The notes: a model not told the origin generated them from the letters alone. 64,000 bases of DNA from Alphaproteobacteria bacterium (GCA_963422645.2 CAXXVO010000009.1:256001-320000), one strand, 5' to 3'. Counted from the stretch's first letter, positions 44,501 to 55,963 are shown. Translations and numbers: made by a program.

Positions 44501-44689
44501 GTCCTCGGCGCTGGCGCCCGGCCAGGTCACGCTGACCGAGATCCATTCGACGGCGAAGGTGGGGAAGAACTGGGTGTTCATGCGCGCAAGCCCGAGCACG
44601 CCGAACAGGATCATCAGCACCATCACCAGGTTGGCGGCCGTGCGGTGGCGCGTAAACAGCGCGATCAGACCGCTACCGGTCTGGCTCAT
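41516..44689 (-). CDS. RND efflux permease (AcrB family)
   Basis: 1057 aa; IGIIVDDAIVVGE and R.RAVILTS.TT motifs. Confidence 0.95.
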   Translation of the reverse strand: MSQTGSGLIALFTRHRTAANLVMVLMILFGVLGLARMNTQFFPTFAVEWISVSVTWPGASAEDVDTNIVAAIEPEVRFLDGVKRVSSQSVEGIGSVVVEFEPGTNLDTALANVENAVGRVETLPEDSEKPVVNRLYFYENIGNIVVSGPFSEAALRAHAKDIRERLLSAGVDKVDLFGSRREEIWVEVGEGRLRQLDLTLGDIASRIGTSSADLPSGIVPGGTNKQIRSLGLARSADEIGQVEIIARQDGAKVHLRDIATISERFNERDTVAFRAGYPAIELQVRRASTSDALEQAGILDDFLEELQPTLPPTLVVEHYDDASELIDDRINMLLRNGASGLALVVLVLFIFLSTRVAFWVSVGIPVSLLATLGVMMLTGQTINMVSLFALIMAIGIIVDDAIVVGEHAVTQRAAGASPADAAELGARRMFAPVMAATLTSVAAFLPLFMVSGQIGEIIGAIPLVIVAVLVASVIECFVVLPGHLRIGLRADPRKENRFARWFNPRFEAFRDGLFARIVRGCVAWRYLTIAMAIGLLLLSMGLIGGGRISFIFFPSPEADSVLANVTFVEGTKRETTTAMVDELGRALDEAELALTGGAGGLVVMSLGQVGKPASRSNNFFLGTGDHVGAIRVELQPSDQRTIRTQALIEEWRSRVRPLPGLETITILERAAGPPGREIDIRIAGDDVQTLKLAAGEVRALLGRFPGVSDIEDNTPYGKQETILSVNSRGRALGFTTASTAGQVRAAFEGVIARRFARGDEEVAIRVRLPHDALTEGDLRRLYLRSPGGVEVPLAEVVDFDEATGFASIRREDGQRMIAVTAEIDESLTNTDEVLGALQAEGLSEVAQKYGVGVLLRGKAEEQATTMGDMMTGAVVALVAIYLILAWVFSSYSRPIFVMAVIPFGAVGAVFGHFVLGYDLTVLSMMALLGLSGIVVNDSIILVRAIQDRLDAGEPLMEALVGGARDRLRAVILTSVTTIFGLTPLLFETSLQAQFLKPMAVTIVFGLLGVTLIVLVLVPCLLAIQGDIAALFGRTPAGGESAVEDDPSPSLRLRESDG

Positions 44690-45939
44690 CGCACCTCAAC
44701 TTTGACGCCGGGTCCGATCTCGGGGAAGCGGGTGGTCGCGACACTCTCACCGTCCGCGATCCCGCCGGACACCACCACGTCGTTGCCGACGCGCGCAAGC
44801 AGTGCCACCGGCCGGGGTTCAAGACGGCCGCTGACGACCGCATAAACCGTGTCGCCGCCCACCAACGCCGTTTCCGGCAAGCGCGCAGCCTCTCGGTACA
44901 CGCGGTCCGGGATTCGAACTTCGACGAAGGCCCCCGGCCTGAGCGGAACCCGTGATGCCTCCTGCTCGATCCGAGCGTAGACCCTGACCCCGCCGCTCGA
45001 AGCATCAACCTCTCCATCCGCGCGCTGGACCACCGCGCTGAACGGGAAATTGCGGTCGCCTGCGCGCCACGTCACCTCGACAGGGCGCCCCCGTAAACCC
45101 GCCGCAGAGGATACGAGCCTCCCATAGTCCGCATCGCTCAGATGGATCAGGATATCCAGTCGTGTGTGGTCCAAGAGACGGACGACGCGGTCGTTCACCC
45201 CGAGACGCTTGCCCAGCGCCGCCGAAACGCCCGTGAGATACCCGTCGAAGGGCGCAACGAGCCGCGTCTTCGACAGGTTGCGCTCCGCTCGCTCCAACGC
45301 CACCGCGCTCCGCGCTATCACCGCCTCCTGCCGCGCAATGCGCGCGCGCAGGCCCGCAGTTCGACGCTCCGTCGCAGCCAGCGCCCGCGCCCGGTCGCTC
45401 CGCCGCACCAGGGCGTCGTCGACCGTTTTCTCCGAAGCCGTCCCCTTGGCGAGAAGCGCCTCGCGGCGGTCAAGCTCGCGTTCGGCCAACGCAAGCTGGG
45501 TGCGATCCTCCACCAGACCCGCTTCTTCCGCCCCAACCTCCGCCTTGGTCTCCGCAAGCTGCGCCCGGGCCTCGGCCAGCGCGGCCTCCGCCTCCGTCAC
45601 CGCCGCGCGATACTCGAAGGGGTCGATCTCCACCAGGAGCTCGCCCGCCCGCACCGTGCCGCCGTTCACGAAGTTCTCGCCCACTGCCACGACCGGCCCC
45701 GCCACCAGGGCACGCAGCTCCACATCCCGCTGCGCCACCACCTCGCCGAAAGCGTCGATGGAGGGCTGGATATCGGCGATTTGGACGGTGGATGTGGCAA
45801 TCGGCCTGGCCCGCTCCGCCGGCCCCGTGCGCTCGATCTCGGGCCGCGTCGCCTGCAGGTAGCCGACCGCCAGCACCGCACCCACCAACGTGAGCAGTGG
45901 CAGCACGATCTTCAGGAAGCGGTGGCGGCGACGGGCCAA
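44686..45939 (-). CDS. RND membrane fusion protein
   Basis: N-terminal TM, lipoyl-like halves (APFDG) and coiled hairpin. Confidence 0.92.
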   Translation of the reverse strand: MARRRHRFLKIVLPLLTLVGAVLAVGYLQATRPEIERTGPAERARPIATSTVQIADIQPSIDAFGEVVAQRDVELRALVAGPVVAVGENFVNGGTVRAGELLVEIDPFEYRAAVTEAEAALAEARAQLAETKAEVGAEEAGLVEDRTQLALAERELDRREALLAKGTASEKTVDDALVRRSDRARALAATERRTAGLRARIARQEAVIARSAVALERAERNLSKTRLVAPFDGYLTGVSAALGKRLGVNDRVVRLLDHTRLDILIHLSDADYGRLVSSAAGLRGRPVEVTWRAGDRNFPFSAVVQRADGEVDASSGGVRVYARIEQEASRVPLRPGAFVEVRIPDRVYREAARLPETALVGGDTVYAVVSGRLEPRPVALLARVGNDVVVSGGIADGESVATTRFPEIGPGVKVEVR

Positions 45940-46141
45940 GGGCGGCCTCTCGACTTCGTTAGAGCCGGGTCACAGGGGGAACGGTATCAACCCCGAGTTT
46001 CGTGACGTTGTCCATCCCGTAAAGAAATGTTAACCCGCGACGCTCGTCGGGACGGAGAGACCACCGGCGCGTGCGGCATCCGCTCGCGGGCGACCTTGTG
46101 CCGCGGCCAAGCCGCGGCAACAATCGCGCCCCGAAGAACGA

Positions 46142-47323
46142 ATGGTGATGCGAATGTCCGGCACCCATTACGGTCCCATCGAGATGATCGAGCGGTTGGT
46201 CTCTTTTGACACGACCAGTCGCGAGTCGAACCTCGCGCTGATTCACTTCGTGCGCGATTATCTCGCCTCGCTGGGCGTCGATTCTACACTTATTCACGAT
46301 GAAACGGGAAACAAGGCGAATCTTTACGCCACGGTTGGCCCCAGTGACGTGCCCGGAATTGCACTTTCGGGCCACACCGACGTAGTACCGGTGGACGGCC
46401 AAGCCTGGGACACTGACCCGTTCAGCGTCGTTGAAAAGGACGGTCGGCTTTACGGGCGCGGCACCTCCGACATGAAGAGCTTCAGCGCGATTGCGCTTGC
46501 CCTCGTGCCGGATTTTCTTGCACGCCCGCTCAAGACCCCGATCCATTTCGCGCTTTCCTTCGATGAGGAAGTCGGCTGCTTCGGGGCCCCGCTGATGATC
46601 GACCAGCTTGGCTCCGATCTCGGCGTCAAGCCGCATATCGTGATCGTGGGCGAGCCCACCAGCATGGCGGTCGTGAACGCCCACAAGGGGGTCTACAGCT
46701 TCAGGACCCACGTGCGCGGCCTCGAAGTTCACTCCAGCGCCACTCATCGCGGGGTGAACGCGGTGCAGTACGCGGCAACGCTCGTTCATTTCCTGACTGA
46801 AATCGCAGATGAAATGGCCGCGCGTGCCGAGCCCGAGAGCGGCTTCGACCCACCCTATACGACAGTCCACGTGGGCACGATTGGGGGTGGAACAGCGCAA
46901 AATATCGTGCCGCTCGACTGCAAGTTCACCTGGGAATACCGGTTGATGCCGGGGGCGGACCCCGACGAGATTCGTCGCCGTTTCGAGCGTTTCGCGGAGG
47001 AGACCGTGCTCCCCCGAATGCACGCGGTCGATCCCGGCACCGGGATCACCACTGAGTCCCGCGCCGTCGTGCCCGGCCTGGTGCCCGAGGACGGCTCGCC
47101 GGCGGAGGCGATCGTGATGGCGCTCGCGCGTACCAACCAGACCGAAGTGGTGGCCTACGGCACCGAGGCCGGGCAGTTCCAGGAAGCGGGGATCCCGACC
47201 GTGATTTGCGGCCCCGGCAGCATCCGCCAGGCGCATCAGCCCAACGAGTATATCGAGTTGAGCGAGGTCCGCGCCTGCGAGGCCTTCATGCGCCGCCTGC
47301 TCGATGAGGTGTGCGCGGCTTGA
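46142..47323 (+). CDS. argE: Acetylornithine deacetylase (M20 family)
   Basis: SGHTDVVP, GRGTSDMK, DEEVGC, GEPT and AHQPNE motifs. Confidence 0.92.
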   Translation: MVMRMSGTHYGPIEMIERLVSFDTTSRESNLALIHFVRDYLASLGVDSTLIHDETGNKANLYATVGPSDVPGIALSGHTDVVPVDGQAWDTDPFSVVEKDGRLYGRGTSDMKSFSAIALALVPDFLARPLKTPIHFALSFDEEVGCFGAPLMIDQLGSDLGVKPHIVIVGEPTSMAVVNAHKGVYSFRTHVRGLEVHSSATHRGVNAVQYAATLVHFLTEIADEMAARAEPESGFDPPYTTVHVGTIGGGTAQNIVPLDCKFTWEYRLMPGADPDEIRRRFERFAEETVLPRMHAVDPGTGITTESRAVVPGLVPEDGSPAEAIVMALARTNQTEVVAYGTEAGQFQEAGIPTVICGPGSIRQAHQPNEYIELSEVRACEAFMRRLLDEVCAA

Positions 47324-47339
47324 CGGCGCCTGCGGCACG

Positions 47340-47404
47340 TTTTCAACCGTATTTCCACAGGTTACCCGCAGCTTTTCCACCGACTTATCCACAACTTTTC
47401 CACT
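47340..47404 (+). promoter_or_regulatory. Phased array of six DnaA-box-like 9-mers
   Basis: TTTTCAACC, ATTTCCACA, TTACCCGCA, TTTTCCACC, TTATCCACA (perfect, 47385) and TTTTCCACT at 11-12 bp period. Confidence 0.7.
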
Positions 47405-47426
47405 GAGCAGCAGAAGGACTCGAGGA

Positions 47427-49526
47427 ATGGGCGGCGCGAGCCTGGAGCGCGAGGGCGCGGTCGGCGTCATCACCATCGACAACCCGCCGGTGAACGCCAT
47501 GAGCCCCGGTGTGCCGGGCGCGATTCTTGAGCGGCTGGCGGAAGCCCAGGCCGACAATGCGGTCGAGGCCGTGGTGCTGCGCTGCGCGGGCAAAGGCGGG
47601 CTCGCCGGCGCCGACATTCGCTCGTTCGGCACGCCGTGGCCCGAGGGGGAGCCCACTCTGCGCGACGTGATCCCGGCGATCGAGCGCTCTGCCAAGCCGG
47701 TGATCGTCGCCCTCAACGGCTATTGTCTGGGCGGCGGACTCGAATTGGCGCTTTCCTGCCACTACCGGGTCGCGAGCCGAAAGACCGAAGTCGGCCAGCC
47801 GGAGGTGTTGCTCGGCTTCCCGCCGGGCGCGGGCGGGACCCAACGCCTGCCCCGGCTCGCCGGCGTGGAGACGGCGCTCGCGATGATCGTCGACGGCACG
47901 CACGTCGCTGCTGAAGAGGCGGCCAAGAGCGGCATCATCGACCGGGTGATCGACGGCGACTTGCTCGAAGGCGCGCTCGCCTTCGCGTCGGAACGCATTG
48001 CTGCCGGGCCGCCGCATTCTCTCGCCCGTGAGCGGACGCCGGTGTTGAAGGACCCAGACATCTTCGCTGCAACGCGTAAGCGTCTCGAAGGGCGGGCACG
48101 CGGCCAGCGAGCCCCGATTGCATGCCTGGAGTGCGTCGAGATGGCGCTGACGCTCCCCTTCGACGAGGGGATCCGCAAGGAGCGGGAGATCTTCCAGGAA
48201 TGCATGGTTTCGCCCGAATCGGCAGCGCTCCGCCACGTGTTCTTCGCCGAACGGGCTGTGCGCAAGGTGCCGGGTATCGACAAGGACACGCCGACCCGGC
48301 CCATCGAGCGTGCCGCCATCATCGGCGCCGGCACCATGGGCAGAGGCATCGCGACCTGCTTCGCCAATGCCGGGATCCCGGTGCGGCTCATGGATTCCGA
48401 CTCCGGTGCACTCGAACGCGCGTTCGCCGCGATCCGTAGCGATTACGAGCGCCGCGTGCAGCGCGGCCGGATTGGCGCAGCCGATGCCGAGGCCCGCATC
48501 GGGTTGATCGAGCCAGTCGAGACCATGGACGGCGTTGCCGGTGCCGACCTCGTCATCGAAGCAGTGTTCGAGGAGATGCCGTTGAAGGAGGAGGTGTTCC
48601 AGACCCTCGATTCGGTGTGCGACGAGGGCGCAATCATCGCCTCCAACACCTCCTATCTCGATGTCAACCACTTGGCCGACTTGGTTCCCGGCCGCCAGGG
48701 CAACGTCCTCGGCATGCACTTCTTCAGCCCGGCGCAGGTGATGCGGCTCCTGGAGGTGGTGCGTACCGAATCGGCCTCGCCCGAGACGTTGGCCTCCTCG
48801 CTAGCCCTTGCGCGGCGGCTCGGAAAGATTGCGGTCGTGGCCGGCGTTTGTCACGGCTTCATCGGCAATCGCATGCTGGAAGGCTACACTTGGCAGGTGC
48901 GCTTCCTGCTGGAGGAAGGCGCGAGTCCCTGCGAGATCGACGCCGCGCTCACCGGGTTCGGGATGGCGATGGGGCCCTGCGCCGTCGCCGACCTCGCCGG
49001 CCTCGACGTGAGCTGGCGCAAGCGGAAGGCCGACGCGCACCTCCGCGATCCCTCCAAGCGTTACTCGGCGGTGGCCGACCGGCTGTGCGAGCGGGGCCGC
49101 TTTGGCCAGAAGACCGGCGCCGGTTACTACCGCTACGAACCCGGCAGCCGCACGCCGATACCCGACCCGGAGGTCGACGCGCTCATCGCTGAGGTGGCGG
49201 CGGAAAGCGGCATCGAGCGCCGCACCATCGGTCCGGACGAGATCGTCCAGCGCTGCCTCTACCATCTGGTGAACGAGGGAGCGCGGGTCCTGGAAGACGG
49301 CATCGCACTGCGCGCGAGCGACATCGACATCGTGTGGATCAACGGCTACGGCTTTCCCCGTTGGCGGGGTGGCGTGATGCACTGGGCCAACCACGTTGGG
49401 CTCGATGCCATTCACGACACCATCGCCGGCTTCGATGAGAGCCAGGACTATTGGGAACCGGCGCCGCTGCTGAGCCGGCTTGCGGCGGAAGGCAAGAGCT
49501 TCGCCGACTTCGACCGGGCCGCGTGA
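47427..49526 (+). CDS. Enoyl-CoA hydratase/3-hydroxyacyl-CoA dehydrogenase fusion
   Basis: NPPVNA, GGGLELAL, GAGTMG, SNTS and HFFSPA motifs. Confidence 0.94.
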   Translation: MGGASLEREGAVGVITIDNPPVNAMSPGVPGAILERLAEAQADNAVEAVVLRCAGKGGLAGADIRSFGTPWPEGEPTLRDVIPAIERSAKPVIVALNGYCLGGGLELALSCHYRVASRKTEVGQPEVLLGFPPGAGGTQRLPRLAGVETALAMIVDGTHVAAEEAAKSGIIDRVIDGDLLEGALAFASERIAAGPPHSLARERTPVLKDPDIFAATRKRLEGRARGQRAPIACLECVEMALTLPFDEGIRKEREIFQECMVSPESAALRHVFFAERAVRKVPGIDKDTPTRPIERAAIIGAGTMGRGIATCFANAGIPVRLMDSDSGALERAFAAIRSDYERRVQRGRIGAADAEARIGLIEPVETMDGVAGADLVIEAVFEEMPLKEEVFQTLDSVCDEGAIIASNTSYLDVNHLADLVPGRQGNVLGMHFFSPAQVMRLLEVVRTESASPETLASSLALARRLGKIAVVAGVCHGFIGNRMLEGYTWQVRFLLEEGASPCEIDAALTGFGMAMGPCAVADLAGLDVSWRKRKADAHLRDPSKRYSAVADRLCERGRFGQKTGAGYYRYEPGSRTPIPDPEVDALIAEVAAESGIERRTIGPDEIVQRCLYHLVNEGARVLEDGIALRASDIDIVWINGYGFPRWRGGVMHWANHVGLDAIHDTIAGFDESQDYWEPAPLLSRLAAEGKSFADFDRAA

Positions 49527-49547
49527 GGCCCACAGCAGAGGCCAGCG

Positions 49548-50744
49548 TCAGACCGCCGGCGCGCTCACCGTTTGGGCGAGAGTCCCGCGCCGCCGAGGTC
49601 GCGGCACACTCGCCGACTTGAGCTGCCCGCAGGCAGCCTGAATGTCGCGGCCGCGCGGCGCGCGCACCGGCGCCGCATAGCCGGCCCGGTTGACGATCGT
49701 GGCGAACTCCTCGATGGCCTCCGGCGACGAGCACGCGTAGGGCGCGCCCGGCCAGGGGTTGAAGGGGATCAGGTTCAGCTTGGCGGGGATGCCGGCGATC
49801 AAGCGCACCAGCTCGCGGGCGTCGGCCGGCGAATCGTTCACGCCCCTCAACATCACGTACTCGAAGGTGATGCGCCGTGCGTTGCTGGCACCGGGATAGC
49901 GGCGGCAGGAGTCGAGCAGGGTTGCGATCGGGTACTTGCGGTTGATCGGAACGAGCTCATCGCGCAAGTCGTCGCGAACAGCATGGAGCGAGACTGCGAG
50001 CCCGACGGCGAGCTCGGCGCCACAGCGCTCGATCATCGGCACCACGCCTGCGGTGGACAGCGTGATCCGCCGGCGCGAAAGCGCAATCCCCTCGGGGTCC
50101 ATGACGATTCGCAGCGCCTTGGCGACATTGTCGTAGTTAAACAGGGGCTCGCCCATGCCCATCATCACGATGTTGGAGAGCAGGCGTGGGCCGCGCGGCG
50201 AGGGCCACTCGCCGTAAGCGTCGCGCGCGGTCAGAAACTGCGCGACGATCTCACCGGCGCTAAGATTTCGCACCATCCGCTGAGTGCCGGTGTGGCAGAA
50301 GGTGCAGGAGAGCGTGCACCCCACCTGGGAAGAGATGCAGAGCGCGCCGCGGTCCTCCTCCGGGATGTAGACGGTCTCCACATCGCGGCCGTCGACGAAG
50401 CGCAACAGCCACTTCCGCGTGCCGTCTGACGCGCGCTGCTCCGTCGCCACCTCGGGGCGCGCCAGGGTATGGCGCTCGGCGAGCTCAGCGCGGAGTGTGC
50501 CGCTGATGGTCGTCATCGCGCCGAACTCGACGGCGCCACGGTGGTAAATCCAGTGCCAGAGCTGCTTGGCCCGCATGCGCAGGCGGTCTTCCGGCACACC
50601 GACAACCTGCAGACGCTCGACGAGCTCGTCCCGCGAGAGCCCGATCAGGCTCTCGCGCGCATTCTCCGAGGCGTTCGCTTCGTTTGCTGAGTGGCCGTCC
50701 GTGACGGGCCTGGAGCCCGCAGCGGAGCGTGGGGCTACCGGCAC
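49548..50744 (-). CDS. rlmN: Dual-specificity RNA methyltransferase RlmN
   Basis: [19 protein letters not shown] and AACGQL motifs; exact start uncertain. Confidence 0.95.
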   Translation of the reverse strand: MPVAPRSAAGSRPVTDGHSANEANASENARESLIGLSRDELVERLQVVGVPEDRLRMRAKQLWHWIYHRGAVEFGAMTTISGTLRAELAERHTLARPEVATEQRASDGTRKWLLRFVDGRDVETVYIPEEDRGALCISSQVGCTLSCTFCHTGTQRMVRNLSAGEIVAQFLTARDAYGEWPSPRGPRLLSNIVMMGMGEPLFNYDNVAKALRIVMDPEGIALSRRRITLSTAGVVPMIERCGAELAVGLAVSLHAVRDDLRDELVPINRKYPIATLLDSCRRYPGASNARRITFEYVMLRGVNDSPADARELVRLIAGIPAKLNLIPFNPWPGAPYACSSPEAIEEFATIVNRAGYAAPVRAPRGRDIQAACGQLKSASVPRPRRRGTLAQTVSAPAV

Positions 50745-51271
50745 GCCCTGATGATGGCGTCGTGGATCTTGGTAAAGCCGATGAGGGAGTAGCTGTCCTC
50801 GGAATACGTATTCTTGAGCGAGACACCGCGCACATTCATCTCGCGGCCGCGGACCATGGCCTTGACGACGTTAGCATCCGCTGCTTCGTCACTGACCCAC
50901 GCATGCTCCCCGTGGGTGAGGTCGAAGTTGAACTGACGCCCGTCGATGGTCACCTTTACGGCCTTCCCTTCGGGATAGGGATAGCCCGAGGTCACGCTCA
51001 CCTCCTCGGTCGTTCTGCTGCCCTGACGTCGAGTGACCATGACGTTGGGCGCACCGCGTCGCTTGTAGTTGCCCTTGGACTTCACCGGCTTCGAGTGCAT
51101 GTAGCAGACCTTGGTACCGTCTCTCATGTAGCTGTGGGCTCTCCAATTCGCATTCTCGGCCAAGGGCTCGGGCTTCACCTGCGCGTTCGCCCCCTGGGGG
51201 CCCGCGAGCAGTGAAACACAAAGAAGGGCGGAGAACAGGAACGCCGGCGTCGCGGCGATGCGTCGGATCAT
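50735..51271 (-). CDS. Invasion-associated locus B (IalB)-like exported protein
   Basis: Signal peptide; W..C Y..S.P and YSL.GFT pattern; upstream of rlmN as in alphaproteobacteria. Confidence 0.8.
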   Translation of the reverse strand: MIRRIAATPAFLFSALLCVSLLAGPQGANAQVKPEPLAENANWRAHSYMRDGTKVCYMHSKPVKSKGNYKRRGAPNVMVTRRQGSRTTEEVSVTSGYPYPEGKAVKVTIDGRQFNFDLTHGEHAWVSDEAADANVVKAMVRGREMNVRGVSLKNTYSEDSYSLIGFTKIHDAIIRACR

Positions 51272-51464
51272 GGCCTCTGAAAACCTATGAGAGACGGCGG
51301 CGCAGCATAACCAAATTGATGCTCGGCCGCCAGTACCTCTGCTCGGCAGTTCTCTTCACGATTTCGGATACGGGCGTCTGCCTGCCTCGGCTGCCTTTCC
51401 CTCCAACTGAATGCGCCGCCGCGAAGCGGTTTACGGCAGGCCCGACGCAGGCCATATAGAGAGC

Positions 51465-52031
51465 ATGGCAATACTCAAAATCGCGCGCATGGGCCATCCC
51501 GTGCTGAGCCGCCCTGCATTGCCGGTCGCCAACCCGGCCGCGCCCGCGATCGCGCGCTTGATTGAGGACATGGTCGACACGCTGGTCGACGCCAACGGAG
51601 CCGGCCTCGCCGCGCCACAGGTGCACGTGCCGCTGCGACTCGTGCTCTTCCGCGTGCCGCCAGGCCGCGAGGCGGCCGAGGACGAGGAGGGCGGGGATAA
51701 CGAGTTGGTATCCGAATCGGAACTCGAGTCGCCGACGGTCCTCATAAACCCCGTGATCGAGCCGATCGGTGAGAGCATGGTGGAGGACATGGAGGCGTGC
51801 CTCTCCCTCCCCGGCCTCGCAGGCATGGTGCCGCGACACGATCACATCCGCTATCGTTGGACGGATACTGAAGGCCGGAAGCACGATTGCGAGGCGCAGG
51901 GCTTCCACGCCCGAGTCGTGCAGCACGAGTGCGACCACCTGGACGGAATCCTCTACCCGATGCGGATGACCGACCTCTCGACCCTCACCTTCACCAGTGA
52001 ACTGGGCCGCGCGGCGGCTGGGGAGGTCTAA
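51465..52031 (+). CDS. def: Peptide deformylase
   Basis: GLAAPQ, EACLS and QHECDHLDG motifs. Confidence 0.95.
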   Translation: MAILKIARMGHPVLSRPALPVANPAAPAIARLIEDMVDTLVDANGAGLAAPQVHVPLRLVLFRVPPGREAAEDEEGGDNELVSESELESPTVLINPVIEPIGESMVEDMEACLSLPGLAGMVPRHDHIRYRWTDTEGRKHDCEAQGFHARVVQHECDHLDGILYPMRMTDLSTLTFTSELGRAAAGEV

Positions 52032-52034
52032 GCC

Positions 52035-52724
52035 GTGTGGCGGGCGCTGCCTCTGGACGAGACCCGCGACCGGCTGCTGGGCGCGGCACTCCCTCACGTG
52101 CCCTTCGACGGCTGGTCCGAAAAGGCGCTTGCGGCAGCAGCGGCGGAGCTCGACATCGATCCAGACGAAGCGCGCCACGCCTTCCCCGGTGGGCCGGTCG
52201 CGCTCGTTGCCTATCACGCGGCTTACGCCGACCGCCGCATGGAGGACGCACTCGAAGAGGCCGACCTGACGGCAATGCGGGTGCGGGAGCGCATCGTGCA
52301 CGCTGTGCGTCTTCGGCTCGAACAGAACGCAGCACACCGGGAAGCGATCCGCGCGGCGCTCCCCATCCTGGCGCAGCCCGCCAACGGACCGCACGCGCTT
52401 TCTTCCCTCTACCGCACCGTTGATGCGATCTGGTTCGCGGTCGGCGACAAGACGACTGACTTCGGCTTCTACACCAAGCGGGCCCTGCTTGCCGGCGTTT
52501 ACCTGTCCACCCTGCTTTATTGGCTGAACGACGGGTCCGAGGGAGGAGAGGCCACCTGGGCCTTTCTCGACCGCCGCATCGCCGACGTCATGCGTATCCA
52601 GACTGCGCGCGCGCGATTCGGCGGCTTTCGCCCGCCCGGCTTCGGACTATTGCAGCGCCTACGCGAAGCCGCCCGCGCCGCAGCGGATCCCATGCAAGGG
52701 CATGGCCCGCAGAGGCCGTCGTAG
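52035..52724 (+). CDS. COQ9 family protein
   Basis: VPFDGWS and DAIW..GD.TTDF..YTKR motifs. Confidence 0.88.
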   Translation: MWRALPLDETRDRLLGAALPHVPFDGWSEKALAAAAAELDIDPDEARHAFPGGPVALVAYHAAYADRRMEDALEEADLTAMRVRERIVHAVRLRLEQNAAHREAIRAALPILAQPANGPHALSSLYRTVDAIWFAVGDKTTDFGFYTKRALLAGVYLSTLLYWLNDGSEGGEATWAFLDRRIADVMRIQTARARFGGFRPPGFGLLQRLREAARAAADPMQGHGPQRPS

Positions 52725-52752
52725 AGAGCAGCCCCGGCACGGTCGCCGGCTC

Positions 52753-53946
52753 TTACACCAGAAGTTCGACCAGCAGGCCGTTGAGCAGCGGGCGACCGAC
52801 GGCGGTTGCCCTCAGCCGCCCGTCGCGCCGCTCCAGGTAACCGGCCTCGACGAGGCGGGCGAGGCCAGCACGGTCGATCACCCGGTCCGGGTCGCAGCCG
52901 GTGCGCTGCCTCAAGTGCGCTTCGGACACCCCTTCCGCGAGTCGAAGACCCATCATCAGCATCTCGCGCGCCTGCTCCTGCGGGTCGAGGGCGCGAGTCT
53001 CGGCAGTGCCGTGGCCGGCACGCTCGACGGCAGCGAGCCAGGATTCGGGGCCGGCGTGCTGGCGAGTCGCCTGCCGGCCGCCCTCAGCAAACTGGATGCG
53101 ACCATGGGCACCCGGCCCGACGCCCACATAGTCGTCATAGCGCCAATAGGCGAGATTGTGGCGGCTGGCATCGCCGCCGCGCGCATGGTTCGAGACCTCG
53201 TAGGCCGCAAAGCCGGCCGCCTCCATGACCTCTTGGGTCAGGTCGTACAGAGCGCGGCCGGTATCGTCGTCGGGCAGCGCGATCGTACCGTCGCGCTCCT
53301 GCCGCCAGAATGGCGTGCCTTTCTCGATGGTGAGCTGATAGAGCGAGAGGTGGTGGCCGGCGAAGGACAACGCCTCGGTCAGCTCGTCGCGCCAGGCCTC
53401 GGCGGTCTGGCCGGGCCTCGCGTATATCAGGTCGAAGGAGCTGCGCGGCATGATGCGCTGCGCCAGTGCCACCGCGTGCCGCGCCTCCGCCGCGTCGTGC
53501 CCGCGTCCGAGAAAATGAAGGGCGTCGTCGTCCAGCGCCTGCACCCCGAGCGAGACCCGGTTGATGCCGGCCGCGCGAAAATCCTCGAGGCGCGCCGCCT
53601 CGGTCGAGGTCGGATTGGCTTCGAGGGTGATCTCCGCGTCCTCTGCGAGGGTCCAGCACAGCCTCGCCCGGTCGATGACGGCAGCCGCGGTCTCGGGTGG
53701 CATCAGCGAAGGCGTGCCTCCACCGAAAAAGATGCTGGTTATCGTCGCCCCCGGCAGCAGCCCTGCGAAATGGGCGAGCTCGCGGAGCAGCGCACCCCGC
53801 CACCTGGCCTGATCGACACTTTCCCGGACATGGCTGTTGAAGTCGCAGTAGGGGCACTTGGAAAGGCAAAAGGGCCAGTGGACGTAAAGGGCGAGTGCCG
53901 GGACAGGCGACGCTTCGATAAGGTCCGATTCGGCGTCGTCGGTCAC
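52753..53946 (-). CDS. hemW: Radical SAM heme chaperone HemW
   Basis: [24 protein letters not shown] and YEVSN motifs; GTG start overlaps the rdgB stop. Confidence 0.92.
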   Translation of the reverse strand: MTDDAESDLIEASPVPALALYVHWPFCLSKCPYCDFNSHVRESVDQARWRGALLRELAHFAGLLPGATITSIFFGGGTPSLMPPETAAAVIDRARLCWTLAEDAEITLEANPTSTEAARLEDFRAAGINRVSLGVQALDDDALHFLGRGHDAAEARHAVALAQRIMPRSSFDLIYARPGQTAEAWRDELTEALSFAGHHLSLYQLTIEKGTPFWRQERDGTIALPDDDTGRALYDLTQEVMEAAGFAAYEVSNHARGGDASRHNLAYWRYDDYVGVGPGAHGRIQFAEGGRQATRQHAGPESWLAAVERAGHGTAETRALDPQEQAREMLMMGLRLAEGVSEAHLRQRTGCDPDRVIDRAGLARLVEAGYLERRDGRLRATAVGRPLLNGLLVELLV

Positions 53947-54560
53947 GGCCGGGACGGCAGGCAGGCTGCCTCCAATTGCTCGAAGGCGCGCGCCCGATGG
54001 GTCAGCGGCTGTTTCTCCTCCGGCAGCATCTCGCCGAAAGTGCGTCCGTGGCCGTCGGGGACGAAGATCGGGTCGTAACCGAACCCATGTTGGCCGCGCG
54101 GCGGAAACGTGAGGGTCCCGTCCACGCGGCCTTCGACGTTCTCGCAGTGACCATCCGGCCAACCGAGGGAGAGCGCGCAGACGAAATACGTCGCGGTGCC
54201 GCCGGTCTCGCGTCCGCGTGACGCAAGCTCCGCCTCGATGCGCGCCATCGCCACGCGAAAATCCTTCCCCGGGCCCGCCCAACGGGCGGAATAGATGCCG
54301 GGGGCATCGTCGAGCGCGGGCACCACGAGGCCGGAATCGTCGGCGAGCGCGGGCTCGCCGCTCGCCTCCGCCGCAGCGCGGGCCTTGAGCGCCGCGTTTG
54401 CGATGAATGTATCGCCGGTCTCCTCCGGCTCCGGGAGGCCCAGCGTCGAAGCGCCCACTGCCTCGATGCCGAGGGAGGCCAGCAGCGCCGCAATCTCGCG
54501 GACCTTGCCGGCGTTATGGCTCGCCACGATCAGGCGCGCCGCCACGAGACGACGGGCCAT
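53943..54560 (-). CDS. rdgB: dITP/XTP pyrophosphatase
   Basis: SHNAGK, ADDSGL, GFGYDP and HRARA motifs. Confidence 0.95.
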   Translation of the reverse strand: MARRLVAARLIVASHNAGKVREIAALLASLGIEAVGASTLGLPEPEETGDTFIANAALKARAAAEASGEPALADDSGLVVPALDDAPGIYSARWAGPGKDFRVAMARIEAELASRGRETGGTATYFVCALSLGWPDGHCENVEGRVDGTLTFPPRGQHGFGYDPIFVPDGHGRTFGEMLPEEKQPLTHRARAFEQLEAACLPSRP

Positions 54561-54565
54561 GGCGC

Positions 54566-55288
<723 letters not shown>

Positions 55289-55499
55289 GGCAGGTCCCTC
55301 CCCCCCTTGGCGGCGCGACACTATCGCGGGGCCCGGAGAGCGTCCACCCCAACCCAGCGCCGCGCAGACCATGACCGTGGCAAGAAGTTCGGTCTGGCAG
55401 TCTGTCGGACTTTGGGTCATCGATTGAGGATGGTCTTGTCGACGGTGGATTTGGCGTCGGTCCGAGCTATCGCCCGTCAGATACGCCGCCCATTGATCC

Positions 55500-55740
55500 A
55501 TCAACAGGCGACGGCTCCCCGCGCCAGGCGGCGGTTCTCGAAGGCCTTGTCGCGGGCCTCGGCCAGACTGACGAGCGGGAATCCGCCCAGGCCGATGTCG
55601 CGGCGTTTTCCCTAAATCGCGATTCGCTGGATCCAGCTCTTGGAGCCCCCCGGTGCCACGTTCAGATAGAGCGTCGGGTCGGCCCGGTACATGCCGGGCT
55701 TCTTGAGCGCCTGCGCCTTCGCGGCCGTGAGCCGATTCAT
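55500..55740 (-). pseudogene. P4-like integrase remnant (Arm DNA-binding domain)
   Basis: [18 protein letters not shown]...GSKSW, in-frame TAG at 55612, then [20 protein letters not shown]; no catalytic domain; next to the tRNA-Leu 3' end. Confidence 0.85.
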
Positions 55741-55875
55741 GCTTTCCCCACGTTTCCCCGCGGTTCGATTGGGGTGCTGTAGGGAATCGAACGGAAGAGA
55801 CAAGCCAATTATTGGTGTTATAACAGTGAGTTATGGAACTTCCGGGAATGCCCCGGAATGCGCAAGAAGGGATCG

Positions 55876-55963
55876 TGGTGCCCGCGCCCGGACTCGAACC
55901 GGGACTCCCTGTCGGGAAACGGATTTTAAGTCCGTTGCGTCTACCAAATTCCGCCACGCGGGC
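55876..55963 (-). tRNA. tRNA-Leu(TAA)
   Basis: GCCCGCG...CGCGGGCACCA; anticodon loop CTTAAAA; long variable arm. Confidence 0.95.

Noticed and set aside
47340-47404. Chromosomal oriC
   Set aside because: Gap is very short, with no AT-rich unwinding element and no origin-linked genes; kept only as a DnaA-box cluster
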